From Lactobacillaceae bacterium (GTDB lineage: Bacteria; Pseudomonadota; Alphaproteobacteria; RF32; CAG-239): DNA of 64,000 nt. Below are positions 9,203-19,573 of the stretch, piece by piece. A program made the position numbers and the translations under genes. The stretch's first letter is position 1, and every line of letters begins with the position of its first letter. The DNA lies in contig JAISVX010000002.1 in assembly GCA_031271345.1 (NCBI GenBank), positions 44,832-108,831 on the forward strand. The letters are read 5' to 3'. Under the pieces are notes generated by a model. That model was not told the origin of the DNA, searched no databases, and saw nothing but the letters and a program-made list of their open reading frames with translations.

Positions 9203-12200
9203 ATGCCAGAAACAAAATTTGTACATTTAAGAGTCCACACAGCTTTTTCGTTATCTGAAGGCGCTATGAAAATAAAAGCTTTGCTGCCAAGGGCAAAAGC
9301 TATGGGCTTTTCTGCGCTCGCAATTACTGATACGGCTAATATGTTCGGCGTTAAAGAGTTTTCCGCCTCTGCTCCCAAAGAAGGCATAAAGCCCATTGTC
9401 GGCTGCCAGTTTTATATCAGAAACACCGATGCCGACGATATGTTTAAATCTAAAGGACGCACAATCGAGCCTGATAAAATTATTCTTCTTGTGAAAGACG
9501 AAGATGGTTATCAAAACATCTTAAAGCTTATGAAAACTTCATATCTGGATAATATGCAGCCAACTGAAAAGGCTCAAATATCTTTGGAAGACGTTAAAGC
9601 AAATGGAAAAGGTCTGATTGCTCTGACTGGAGGATTCGAAGGTCCGATAGGAAGACTTTATCTTGAAAACAGAGTGGAAGAAGCGGAAGAGTTTTTGCTG
9701 AAATTAAAAGATATTTTTGGCGACAGATTATATATGGAAGTTTCCCGCATTGGGTTTGACGACGAGCAAAAAACCGAAGATTTTTTTATCAGTCAGGCAT
9801 ATAAACACAATATCCCTTTGGTCGCGACCAACGAAGCGTTCTTTTTTGACGCCGATATGTACGAGGCGCATGACGCGCTGGTTTGTATTGCCGCCGGCGA
9901 ATATGTTGCGAACGAGAATAGAAAAAAGTTTTCTCCCAATAACCGCCTGCGCAGCGCGGAAGAAATGGAAGCTTTGTTTTCCGACCTTCCCGAAGCTTTG
10001 CAAAATACGGTAAACATTGCGCGCCGCTGCAACTATCTTTCGGAGTTCGTTCATCCTTTGCTGCCGGTTTTTGAGTGCGGCGATAAAACTGCCGACGAGT
10101 TTATCAGGGAAGAGTCGTTAAAAGGCTTGGCAAAAAGAATGAACGATCATGTTTATACTGAAAACATGACGGAAGACGATAAAAATGCAAAAGACGAAAT
10201 ATATTATTCGCGCTTGGATTATGAACTGAGCGTCATCAAAAGAATGGGTTTCGCCGGCTACTTTTTAATCGTGTCAGATTTTATCCGCTGGTCAAAAAAC
10301 AATGGTGTTCCCGTAGGTCCCGGGCGCGGTTCCGGCGCGGGTTCGATAGTCGCCTGGTCTTTGGAGGTCACAGACTTGGATCCTATACATTATGATTTGC
10401 TTTTTGAAAGATTTTTAAACCCCGACCGTATTTCAATGCCTGACTTCGATGTGGACTTTTGCCAGGAAAACCGCGAAAAAACCATTGAGTATGTAAAATC
10501 AAAATACGGCGCCGACAGGGTAGCCCAAATTATAACTTACGGTAAACTGCAGTCAAAAGCGGTTATCAGAGACGTTGCGCGCGTTTTGCAAATGCCTTAT
10601 TCACAGGCGGACAGAATTTCTAAGATGATACCCATGGGAGTTCAGGGCAAAAACCCAACGTTGAAGGAAGCTCTTGAACAGGTTCCAGAGCTGGAAGATA
10701 TGAGAGTTAACGATCCCCAGATTAACAAATTGTTTGATATAGCGATGAAGCTTGAAGGCTTATACCGCCATTCAGGCGTGCATGCCGCGGGCGTTGTTAT
10801 CGGCGACAGACCTTTATTAGAGCTTGTTCCTTTGTATAAAGATCCGCGCGCTGAAATGCCCGTTACGCAGTTTGATATGAAGTTTATTGAGGAAACGGGG
10901 CTTATTAAATTTGACTTTTTAGGCTTAAAAACCTTAACCGTAATCAAAAAAGCGATAGACTTAATCGAAGAAGATTATGGTATTAAAATTGATATAGATA
11001 AAATACCGATGAATGATAAGGCGACTTATGAACTGCTGCAAAGAGGCGATACTGCCGCCGTGTTCCAGTTTGAGTCTTCGGGTATGAAAGATGTTCATAA
11101 ACAGATTAAGCCCGACCGTTTTGAAGACCTAATCGCGATAGTTTCTTTATACCGTCCTGGTCCTATGGACAATATTCCGAGCTATATCAAAAGAAAGCAC
11201 GGTCAGGAAGAGGTTGCATATCTTCATCCGATGTTAGAATCAATTTTGGCTGAAACTTACGGCATTATGATTTATCAAGAGCAGGTTATGCGAATTTCTC
11301 AAAAACTTGCGAACTATACTCAGGGCGAAGCGGATAATCTTCGTAAAATTATGGGTAAAAAACAAATTGATAAAATGCCCGCGCAGAAAGAAAAATTTAT
11401 TTCTGGAGCCGTAAAAAACGGTATAGAAGAAAGTGTTGCGGACACTATTTTTGAGCAAATGGCAAAATTTGCGTCCTATGGTTTTAATAAATCCCACGCC
11501 GCGGCATATTCATTAATTTCATACCAGACGGCGTACTTGAAAGCGCATTATCCAGTTGAGTTTATGTGCGCGGTTATGTCTCTTGATATAACCAATACGG
11601 ACAAACTTTTGTTTTTTAAAGACGAAATTAAGAAAATGGGATATGAGGTTTTAACTCCCGATATTAATAAATCTAAGGCAGAGTTTTCGGTCGAGGACGG
11701 AAAAATCCGTTATGCTCTGGCGGCAATAAAAGGCGTTGGCGACGCAAATATGAGGGCTATTGTCGAAGAACGCGAGAAAAACGGCAAATTTAAAAACCTT
11801 TCGGATTTTATCCACCGTATAGACGCAAAGCAAATGAACCGCCGCCAGCTTGAGCAGTTGATAAAATCCGGAGCGTTTGACAGTCTCGATTCAAACAGGG
11901 CAAAACTCTTTGATAATATAGATATAATTATCAAGCATATCAGCACGGCGACAGAGGTTAAAACAAGTTCTCAGGCAACTTTATTTGGAGCGGAAGAACT
12001 TAAGTCAGAAGTTAAGCTCTCGGATAAAGCGGACTGGCCGGAACTCGACAGACTGAAAAACGAAGCCGACGCGATAGGTTTTTATTTATCGGCGCATCCT
12101 TTGGACATATATGGTCCCGGGATGGATAAGCTTGGAGTTAAAGCCAGTTCCGAGGTGTTTAGAAATGTTAGGACTGGCGATAACATCAAAGCAAAGCTGG

Positions 12201-12673
12201 CGGGCTGCGTTAACTCTCTCCAAAAACGCTTAAGCAAAAGCGGCAATAAATATGCCTTTTTGGATATGTCTGATGCAACGGGAAGTTTTGAGGGTTTGAT
12301 ATTTTCGGAAGGGCTGGGAAGATATGAAGACGTGATAAATTCAGGGCTGCCTCTTTTAGTCGGTGTGACTATTGATAAACAAAATGAAGACGGCGCTCCA
12401 AGAGTGATGATAAATACGGTTGAGATACTTGATAAAGCAATTTCAGAAGTTGCCAACGGGTTGATTATATCAATTTCAAATGTCAGCGCCGTCAGGAAGT
12501 TAAAAGAAATTTTGTTGCAAGATAAAAAAGGAAGAAATAAAGTATATATAAAACCAGAGGACGCCGATTGGGATGTCAGGATAGAACTTATGGACGGGTT
12601 TGCTTTTGCCAATGATGATATTTTAAGCAAAATCAGAAATATTTCGGGTGTTGCCTCAGTAAAGGAGATATAA
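9203..12673 (+). CDS. dnaE: DNA polymerase III alpha subunit
   Basis: PHP domain (FVHLRVH), GPGRGSGAGS, MPDFDVDF, YGFNKSH, OB fold. Confidence 0.98.
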   Translation: MPETKFVHLRVHTAFSLSEGAMKIKALLPRAKAMGFSALAITDTANMFGVKEFSASAPKEGIKPIVGCQFYIRNTDADDMFKSKGRTIEPDKIILLVKDEDGYQNILKLMKTSYLDNMQPTEKAQISLEDVKANGKGLIALTGGFEGPIGRLYLENRVEEAEEFLLKLKDIFGDRLYMEVSRIGFDDEQKTEDFFISQAYKHNIPLVATNEAFFFDADMYEAHDALVCIAAGEYVANENRKKFSPNNRLRSAEEMEALFSDLPEALQNTVNIARRCNYLSEFVHPLLPVFECGDKTADEFIREESLKGLAKRMNDHVYTENMTEDDKNAKDEIYYSRLDYELSVIKRMGFAGYFLIVSDFIRWSKNNGVPVGPGRGSGAGSIVAWSLEVTDLDPIHYDLLFERFLNPDRISMPDFDVDFCQENREKTIEYVKSKYGADRVAQIITYGKLQSKAVIRDVARVLQMPYSQADRISKMIPMGVQGKNPTLKEALEQVPELEDMRVNDPQINKLFDIAMKLEGLYRHSGVHAAGVVIGDRPLLELVPLYKDPRAEMPVTQFDMKFIEETGLIKFDFLGLKTLTVIKKAIDLIEEDYGIKIDIDKIPMNDKATYELLQRGDTAAVFQFESSGMKDVHKQIKPDRFEDLIAIVSLYRPGPMDNIPSYIKRKHGQEEVAYLHPMLESILAETYGIMIYQEQVMRISQKLANYTQGEADNLRKIMGKKQIDKMPAQKEKFISGAVKNGIEESVADTIFEQMAKFASYGFNKSHAAAYSLISYQTAYLKAHYPVEFMCAVMSLDITNTDKLLFFKDEIKKMGYEVLTPDINKSKAEFSVEDGKIRYALAAIKGVGDANMRAIVEEREKNGKFKNLSDFIHRIDAKQMNRRQLEQLIKSGAFDSLDSNRAKLFDNIDIIIKHISTATEVKTSSQATLFGAEELKSEVKLSDKADWPELDRLKNEADAIGFYLSAHPLDIYGPGMDKLGVKASSEVFRNVRTGDNIKAKLAGCVNSLQKRLSKSGNKYAFLDMSDATGSFEGLIFSEGLGRYEDVINSGLPLLVGVTIDKQNEDGAPRVMINTVEILDKAISEVANGLIISISNVSAVRKLKEILLQDKKGRNKVYIKPEDADWDVRIELMDGFAFANDDILSKIRNISGVASVKEI

Positions 12674-12676
12674 GAT

Positions 12677-13570
12677 ATGAAGAAAAGCTTTTTAGAGAAA
12701 ATGTTCGAGATTGACGCTTATATTAATCAAAAATATATGCAGAGAAAAGAAGAGAAAAAGCCGTTTAGAATGCCTTTTGGAAGATTGATTTTTTCGCCTT
12801 TTTCATATTTAATCGACTACTTTAAAAATATAGCTGTGCTTATGGGTGCGTATTCTGCGGTAATAACTGTTTTTTCGTTGCTTGCCGGGCTTACATTTAT
12901 GTGCATATTTCCCGAAGCCGTCGCGGCAGGCATGTACTGCTCTTCATCGCTTACGGTATATTTTTTCTACATACTTTTAAAACTGGTGATTTTTTCCGGC
13001 TTTATCTTAAGCTATTATAATATTGTTTCGGGAAAAGAGTTTAGCTTTAGAAGTATTTTTAATATTGGCTTGCATAATTTAAAAGTTTTGGGCGGCTTTT
13101 TTGTATTTATACTTCTTAACCTGGTTCCGTTTTTTTCCATGTATGCCTTGATAAAAAGAGTACCTAACCCAAATTGGATAATTGAAAGCGTATTTTTTGG
13201 CTGTATGTTTATCGGATTTATCGTTCCTTTTATTGTGCTGCGTTTTTACGGAGTGTTCGGTTACTTCATTGAGACCGGGAAAGTCTATTCTCTCAGAACT
13301 ATTTTGAGATTGACCAGAGGAAATGGTTTAAGATTGCTCTTAAGTCTTTTCTTTATTGTTTTATTTTCTGTTCTTTTTATCGCAAACTATTTTGCAAATT
13401 TCAGAGTTATCTTTGATTCAAGTTCAATATGGATTTCCGCCGCGGCATCCGAATTTGTATATAATATAATCATTCTTATAGCTATTGGATTGATGGTTGG
13501 AAATATGCGCGTACAAAGAAGCATTTTAATAACTGATGAAGAAGACACGGCAGAAGATGACAAAAAATAA
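12677..13570 (+). CDS. multi-pass membrane protein
   Basis: About 6 hydrophobic helices; RLTRGN motif shared with next gene. Confidence 0.7.
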   Translation: MKKSFLEKMFEIDAYINQKYMQRKEEKKPFRMPFGRLIFSPFSYLIDYFKNIAVLMGAYSAVITVFSLLAGLTFMCIFPEAVAAGMYCSSSLTVYFFYILLKLVIFSGFILSYYNIVSGKEFSFRSIFNIGLHNLKVLGGFFVFILLNLVPFFSMYALIKRVPNPNWIIESVFFGCMFIGFIVPFIVLRFYGVFGYFIETGKVYSLRTILRLTRGNGLRLLLSLFFIVLFSVLFIANYFANFRVIFDSSSIWISAAASEFVYNIIILIAIGLMVGNMRVQRSILITDEEDTAEDDKK

Positions 13571-14318
13571 GGTTTCTATCCCTTTTGGGGAGATGCTGGC
13601 AAGGTCTCTGATTTATACGGCGGAGAATATGAAACTTCTATTTAAAGGGAGCGGCTTCTGGCTTTCTTCCGCTCTCTTGTTGTCATGGTTGGGAGTTATA
13701 AGTGCTTATGGCGATGAAAACTCTTGTTTTTTTACAGTAATATGGGTTGGTTTAACATTGTCGTCGCTCAGTGTTTATTGTTTTAGATATATTCTTCTTA
13801 ATGAGAAAAAGCTGCTGGTTAATGTGTCTTTGGGGAAAAGAGAATTTAAATTTTTTGCGGTGTTTTTAATATTAATCGGGGTACTTAGTCTTCCGATATT
13901 TTTTGGCTTGATACGAGTATTTTTTATTTATCGGGACAATATGGAAGGTATCGGCGAAATATTTTACTGGCTTATCTTTACAGCGGTTTTTTATGCCGTG
14001 GTTATCCGCTCGTCATTTATTCTTCCCTCTATTGCCGTCTGTGATAAGGGTATTGGGCTTAAAGAAGTTATAAGACTGACAAAAGGCAGTTCGTTTAAGA
14101 TTTTTTGTTTGTTTGCCGCCGAAATAATAATTGCTTATATTTTATATCTGACGGCGCTTAATATGGTTAATGTTTTTTCTTTTAATGAAAATGCCCGCGT
14201 TATATTAAACACGGCTTTATGCTATTTAACCATATATTTTACCGCCTATATGCTGACTATACTTTACGCGCATGTTTATCAGTATTTGCGTTTTCAAAAG
14301 CAGTTGAAGGCTTTATAG
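13557..14318 (+). CDS. multi-pass membrane protein, probable paralog of upstream gene
   Basis: About 6 TM helices; PFG near N-terminus and RLTKGS motif. Confidence 0.7.
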   Translation: MTKNKVSIPFGEMLARSLIYTAENMKLLFKGSGFWLSSALLLSWLGVISAYGDENSCFFTVIWVGLTLSSLSVYCFRYILLNEKKLLVNVSLGKREFKFFAVFLILIGVLSLPIFFGLIRVFFIYRDNMEGIGEIFYWLIFTAVFYAVVIRSSFILPSIAVCDKGIGLKEVIRLTKGSSFKIFCLFAAEIIIAYILYLTALNMVNVFSFNENARVILNTALCYLTIYFTAYMLTILYAHVYQYLRFQKQLKAL

Positions 14319-14343
14319 AAAAGCGCCTTTTCAGGCGCTTTTT
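14319..14343. terminator. bidirectional terminator
   Basis: AAAAGCGCCT-TTTC-AGGCGCTTTT. Confidence 0.85.
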
Positions 14344-14344
14344 C

Positions 14345-16429
14345 TTACATCTTTTTAATTAAGCCGGAGACTAAATCAAGTTTGTAAAAATCCTTATCTT
14401 TCATTTTTTCATTATATACGCCTGCAGCTTCCAAAGCAAAAATGTTTGGCTGATGGGATGAAAAGTTTCTGGGGAAAGAAACAGAATCGATATTTTTCAT
14501 CAAATATTCTTTTGTCGTTTTCGCATCTTTAACCGTATTTTTTATCAAGCCGTTTCTATTTGAAAACATATTTGTAAAAGCGAAGATTGCGTATATTGCG
14601 GCAATAATCAGCAGTGCCGACAAAGTGTTTAAGACGCTTAGAAGTATTGCGAATGCGAATATTATGAGTAAGATGGCAAATGTTCTGTAGAGATATTTAA
14701 TCCATCTTTGGCTGAACCTTTTAGTCAAGAGCCAAATAGATAAGGCAATTGCGATGTCGGAAAAAACCATAATAGCCATATTATAAGGCGGACTGTATGC
14801 GAGCATTGCTATTCCAACCTGAGACAACAACAGCATAGCCGCGCTGAAAATAATATATCCAAAGTTTATTTTTAACAGAAAATTTCTGACTCTGTCTTTG
14901 GTGTCTTTTTCAATCAGCGCATAAGCTCTGTTTATTTTTAAGGCGTTTGCCCTGTCGAAAACGATTACGGATTCTTTGTTTACAAATAAATTATTTACCG
15001 CAAGCCTTTCATTTTTGCTCAAACTTCCAAGGCTGTCCGTAAGTTTTATGAGCGAGTTTTCTTTTATATCGATGATATTTCTTTTATAAAGCTCTAAAAT
15101 AAAAGAGCCGAAAGATATTTTATCAAAAATATTTTTAGTTAAATATCTTAATATCGGTCCGTTTCTTTGGATTGAATATTTAGAGTTTGTTTTGTTATCG
15201 GATATAAATATCCAAGATACGAAATATGCGCCGACAATCGCCAGAAGTCCTAAAATTGTTAAAATTATGTCGCCGTAATCATCAATAATCCAGTCAATTT
15301 TTTTATTTACGTCAACAGGAATAAAGTTTTTGCTGTCAATGGATACGATTATATCCATGCTTTCGCCGACAAAAACGGGTCTTGTGCTTATAAAGCCCAA
15401 AATATTTTCGTTGTCTCTGATATATCTGGCGCTGCTCATGTCAATGCCGTTTGTGCTGTTGATAAAAGCCGTTCTGCCCAAATCAGGAACATTTCCGGGC
15501 ATTCGCAGAATTGCTCCGACGCGGGCAACAATAAGGTTCCAGTTTTTGCCGGTTATATTCCAGTAAAACTCGCGGAAAGTATCATAATCAACAACTTGTC
15601 TGTCAACGATATATTCAAAATCATAAGTATAAACTCCCGGCTCCAAAACATAATCATTTTTGGGTGATAAGATTAACAAGTTTCCCACTTCATCAATTTT
15701 ATACTCAATCTCGCTGCCGTTAATTTTAACGCTCACAAGATTGACATTTAGGTTGTATTTATCTCCCGCGCGCGAATATGAATATCTTGGAAGAGATTTT
15801 GATAAGCCGTTTTTTAACTTTTCTCCGTTTGCGACCACAACGATTTTTTCGCTGACCTTGGTTAAGCCGGTGGGAAGGATTTCAATTTCGCTCATTAAAT
15901 AAGGTATATGCTCAATTGCGGGGACGAGAACTTTTGTTCCTCCGGGCAGGGTTGCATTGACAGTTTGATAGTCTGGCTTTATCCATTGTTCCTGCTGGAC
16001 GGATACGTTGGCGGGCTGGCTGTCCGTGCTTAATTTGTTTTGACTCTGAGTTTGAGGTTTTCCGCTGACGCGCGCAAGGGCATTTTCATAAACCTGCTGG
16101 AAAAATCCTTTCTCTTCCCGCTTCATCATCTCTATATATTCGTCGCTGGCGACAACATCGGTAGAGCTTACTTCTTTAGCCTCGTCCAAGGCTATTTCTG
16201 TTACAACCGCGCGTTTAATTCTTTTTTCCACATAGCTGTCATATTCGTCGGGCGTTTCAAATTCAGGCTCTTTGACTTTGCGTTTTCCTTGTTCTTTTTG
16301 TTTTCTCGCCTGATTAACCTGCATTTCCTGCAGCCCCGTAACGCTTCTTACGGCGCTATAGGAATTTGTGACAAAAAAGAATGTGGAAATGAAACAAAGT
16401 GTAAAAAAAAGTTTTCTCATAAAATCCAT
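14345..16429 (-). CDS. DUF2207-like membrane protein
   Basis: Signal peptide; periplasmic domain with EFYWNITGKNW; C-terminal TM bundle. Confidence 0.7.
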   Translation of the reverse strand: MDFMRKLFFTLCFISTFFFVTNSYSAVRSVTGLQEMQVNQARKQKEQGKRKVKEPEFETPDEYDSYVEKRIKRAVVTEIALDEAKEVSSTDVVASDEYIEMMKREEKGFFQQVYENALARVSGKPQTQSQNKLSTDSQPANVSVQQEQWIKPDYQTVNATLPGGTKVLVPAIEHIPYLMSEIEILPTGLTKVSEKIVVVANGEKLKNGLSKSLPRYSYSRAGDKYNLNVNLVSVKINGSEIEYKIDEVGNLLILSPKNDYVLEPGVYTYDFEYIVDRQVVDYDTFREFYWNITGKNWNLIVARVGAILRMPGNVPDLGRTAFINSTNGIDMSSARYIRDNENILGFISTRPVFVGESMDIIVSIDSKNFIPVDVNKKIDWIIDDYGDIILTILGLLAIVGAYFVSWIFISDNKTNSKYSIQRNGPILRYLTKNIFDKISFGSFILELYKRNIIDIKENSLIKLTDSLGSLSKNERLAVNNLFVNKESVIVFDRANALKINRAYALIEKDTKDRVRNFLLKINFGYIIFSAAMLLLSQVGIAMLAYSPPYNMAIMVFSDIAIALSIWLLTKRFSQRWIKYLYRTFAILLIIFAFAILLSVLNTLSALLIIAAIYAIFAFTNMFSNRNGLIKNTVKDAKTTKEYLMKNIDSVSFPRNFSSHQPNIFALEAAGVYNEKMKDKDFYKLDLVSGLIKKM

Positions 16430-16521
16430 GCCTTGTTAACAAATAAGATATACTATTATATTTATATAATTCATTAGTATAAACTACGAGTATTAAAAAA
16501 AGATTATAAAAGGAGCATAAT

Positions 16522-17253
16522 ATGAAAAACTCAGTTGCGGCAGTTATTTTAGCGGCAGGAAAAGGAACAAGAATGAAATCTGATTTGCCAAAGGCGTTAA
16601 TGCCTATTTGCGGCAAGCCGATGATTCGTCATATAATAAACACTTTTGAAGGCATGGGTATAAAAGAAATCATACCCGTTATTGCTCCAGACCAAGAGAT
16701 TATAGCAGAAGAAGTTGCTCCTTATAAAACTGCGGTTCAGGAAAAACAATTGGGAACTGGTCACGCTGTTTTAAGCGCCAGAGAAATGTTGAAAGGTTTT
16801 GCCGGCAAGATAATAGTTGCTTATGGAGATCATCCTATTATTACTGGAAAAACTTTTCAAAAAGTTTTAGATAAGCTCGATGATGGTTATGCCGTCGTGT
16901 TTGTAGGTTTTAGACCGGAAGACAGTTTGAGATACGGTCGCCTTAAAATGCAGGGCGACGAGCTTGTCGACATTATCGAATTTAAAGATGCGACTGACGA
17001 AGAAAAGCAGATAAACTTCTGCAATTCTGGAGTTGTCGCTTTTAACGGTTCTAAAATGTTTGAGCTTCTTGACGGCGTTGGCAATGAAAATGCGGCGGGA
17101 GAATATTATCTTACGGATGTTGTAAAAGTCGCTCGCAAAAAAGGGCTAAAGAGCAGTGCGATTGAATGCGGCACAGAAGAAGTCGCGGGAGCAAATACTT
17201 TGGAAGAGCTTGCCGCTCTTGAAGGATATTTAAAGAAAAGACAAGGTAAATAA
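16522..17253 (+). CDS. glmU: GlmU uridyltransferase domain only (no acetyltransferase domain)
   Basis: LAAGKGTRMKS..PK, QLGTGHAV, YGD.P, NSG, EYYLTD; ends at 243 aa. Confidence 0.85.
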   Translation: MKNSVAAVILAAGKGTRMKSDLPKALMPICGKPMIRHIINTFEGMGIKEIIPVIAPDQEIIAEEVAPYKTAVQEKQLGTGHAVLSAREMLKGFAGKIIVAYGDHPIITGKTFQKVLDKLDDGYAVVFVGFRPEDSLRYGRLKMQGDELVDIIEFKDATDEEKQINFCNSGVVAFNGSKMFELLDGVGNENAAGEYYLTDVVKVARKKGLKSSAIECGTEEVAGANTLEELAALEGYLKKRQGK

Positions 17254-17272
17254 TATATTGAAAGGTTTCTAG

Positions 17273-17773
17273 ATGCAGTTTATCAAAAGGCATTGGTTTG
17301 GGCTGATAGTTAGTATTGTAGTTTTTGTTTACATATTTTTATTTATAATAGTATTAACTTCCCCAAGACAGGATTTGCAGAAAAGAGGGTTCATTCCTTG
17401 TACGGAACAGTTCATTGCGGACGCGGAAAGCTGTAAGGGCAGCTGGTGCATGTTTAAGGCGGTTGGAAAAAACAGCCTTTGCGATTTTGGAGTGGTCGGC
17501 GATGGTTTTGCTGGCTGGATTAAAGGAGAGCAGTCAACGCCTTGGAACGGTTATATTTTTGAGCCGGAGATTGAGGTTATGGATGACGAACTGCGGGATT
17601 TTTATGATTCCAATCCCAACATATATAAAGACTTGGAAAAACTCCGCGAACTTAATCAAGAGCTTCAAAATGAGATTGATATAGAAGATGAAGCAGATTT
17701 TTCTGAAGATGCCGACATTGAGTTGGTTGAAGAAATTTTATTGGAAGAGGAGCCTGAAATTGAAGAGCAATAA
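17273..17773 (+). CDS. hypothetical membrane-anchored protein with acidic tail
   Basis: N-terminal TM helix, 4 Cys; operonic position. Confidence 0.7.
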   Translation: MQFIKRHWFGLIVSIVVFVYIFLFIIVLTSPRQDLQKRGFIPCTEQFIADAESCKGSWCMFKAVGKNSLCDFGVVGDGFAGWIKGEQSTPWNGYIFEPEIEVMDDELRDFYDSNPNIYKDLEKLRELNQELQNEIDIEDEADFSEDADIELVEEILLEEEPEIEEQ

Positions 17774-19541
17774 ACTTCCTTCTTGGGATTTATCCGATTT
17801 ATACAAAGGTACAAACGACGCCGGAATCAACAAAGATTTAGAAAAGTTTCGCAAGCTAAATAAAGATTTGGAAAAAAAATATAAAGGGAAAATTGCCGGG
17901 CTTAAAGCCGAAGAGTTTTTCGGAGCCGTTAAAATATACGAAGAAATGTCAATCATTTCTCATGTTCTTGGGGCTTTTGCATATTTGAATATGGCAACCC
18001 AGATGAATAATCCCGAGGCGACGGCATTTTATCAGGATATTAGCGAGAAGCTGACTGATTACAGCATGCCGTCGGTCTTTTTCAGTCTGGAAATAAACCA
18101 GCTTCCAGATAGCAAAATAAAAGAATTTTTATCTAATAAAGATGTAAAAACGTATTCTCCATGGGTTAAGAGAATAAGAATGTTCAAAAAACATGAGTTG
18201 TCCGAGGAAGCGGAAAGTATTTTTTTAGAAAAAAACGTTACCTCGGGCAGCGCATGGGTTCGTTTGTATGATGAAAAATCCGTTGAATTAAAGTATATTG
18301 TCAATGGCAAAGAATATAATGATTCGGAAATTTATCTTTTGGTTCAAGACAAAAACAAAGAAATAAGACATAAGGCTGGAGCCGAGATAAATAAGGTTTG
18401 TAAAGAAAACGCCAGCCTTTTTGCTTTTATATATAATATGATAATAAAAGATAAAGCGATTGAAAATAACAAGCGCAGCTTTAAAACGCCTATGTCTTCG
18501 ATGTGTTTGGCAAATAATGTCGAAGATGATGTCGTGAATATTTTGGCAGATTCGGTTAAGGATAATTACGCTAAAATTGCGCATCGTTTTTATAAGCTTA
18601 AAGCCAAATGGCTTGGCGTTAAGAAAATAAGCTACTGGGATAGAAACGCGCCGCTGCCGTTTGAAGAAGATACAAAATATTCTTGGGAGCAGTCCGTTCA
18701 AATAGTTCTTGACGCGTATAAAAAGTTTTCGCCAAAACTGTATAATCTGGCTCTGGATTTTTTTGATAAAGATTGGGTTGATGCGCCGACAAGAAACGGC
18801 AAAAGAAGCGGGGCTTTCGCGCACCCCGTATCATCTTCCAAGCATCCGTACCTGTTTTTAAATTTTACCGGCCGCCAGAGGGATGTCCTTACTCTGGCTC
18901 ACGAGCTTGGTCATGGCTGCCACATGAGATTGAGCCATAAACAGGGCGAGCTTCAGGATGACACGCCGTTAACTTTGGCGGAAGTCGCTTCGGTGTTCGC
19001 AGAGTCGTTGACCTTTAAGAAACTTCTCGGCGATACGGATAATGATAAATTGAAACTTTGTTTAATTGCGGCAAAAGTAAATGATATGATTAATACGGCA
19101 ATAAGACAAATATCGTTTCATTTTTTTGAAAAAAAAGCGCACGACGAAAGGAAGAACGGGGAGCTTTCAATCGAAAAACTATCTCAAATCTGGCAGGAGG
19201 AGTTAAAGGCAAGCTTGGGAGAATGCGTTGAGATTGATAATGCGGAATATGTCTGGTCAGAAGTCAGCCACTTTTTCCATGTACCTTTTTATGTTTACGC
19301 CTATTCTTTTGCGGACTGCGTTGTAAACTCTTTATACAGCGTTTATCAGGAAGGCGGCGTAAAAGGTTTTGAAGATAAATATTTAACGCTTTTATCTGAA
19401 ACGGGGGTTAAAAAATATGACGTGCTTCTTAAACCTTTTGGTTTGGACGCAAAAGATAAAGACTTTTGGAATAAAGGATTGAGCGTAATATCTGGTTATA
19501 TTGATGAGCTTGAAAGGCTTGATAAAAAGCTCAAACTCTAA
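17760..19541 (+). CDS. pepF: M3 family oligoendopeptidase F
   Basis: WDLSDLY, KRSGAF, TLAHELGHGCH, AEVASVFAE; TTG start after GAGGAG. Confidence 0.9.
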   Translation: MKSNKLPSWDLSDLYKGTNDAGINKDLEKFRKLNKDLEKKYKGKIAGLKAEEFFGAVKIYEEMSIISHVLGAFAYLNMATQMNNPEATAFYQDISEKLTDYSMPSVFFSLEINQLPDSKIKEFLSNKDVKTYSPWVKRIRMFKKHELSEEAESIFLEKNVTSGSAWVRLYDEKSVELKYIVNGKEYNDSEIYLLVQDKNKEIRHKAGAEINKVCKENASLFAFIYNMIIKDKAIENNKRSFKTPMSSMCLANNVEDDVVNILADSVKDNYAKIAHRFYKLKAKWLGVKKISYWDRNAPLPFEEDTKYSWEQSVQIVLDAYKKFSPKLYNLALDFFDKDWVDAPTRNGKRSGAFAHPVSSSKHPYLFLNFTGRQRDVLTLAHELGHGCHMRLSHKQGELQDDTPLTLAEVASVFAESLTFKKLLGDTDNDKLKLCLIAAKVNDMINTAIRQISFHFFEKKAHDERKNGELSIEKLSQIWQEELKASLGECVEIDNAEYVWSEVSHFFHVPFYVYAYSFADCVVNSLYSVYQEGGVKGFEDKYLTLLSETGVKKYDVLLKPFGLDAKDKDFWNKGLSVISGYIDELERLDKKLKL

Positions 19542-19572
19542 AAATAAAGCCCCTTTCAAAGGGGCTTTATTT
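19542..19572. terminator. bidirectional terminator
   Basis: AAATAAAGCCCC...GGGGCTTTATTT. Confidence 0.85.
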
Positions 19573-19573
19573 A

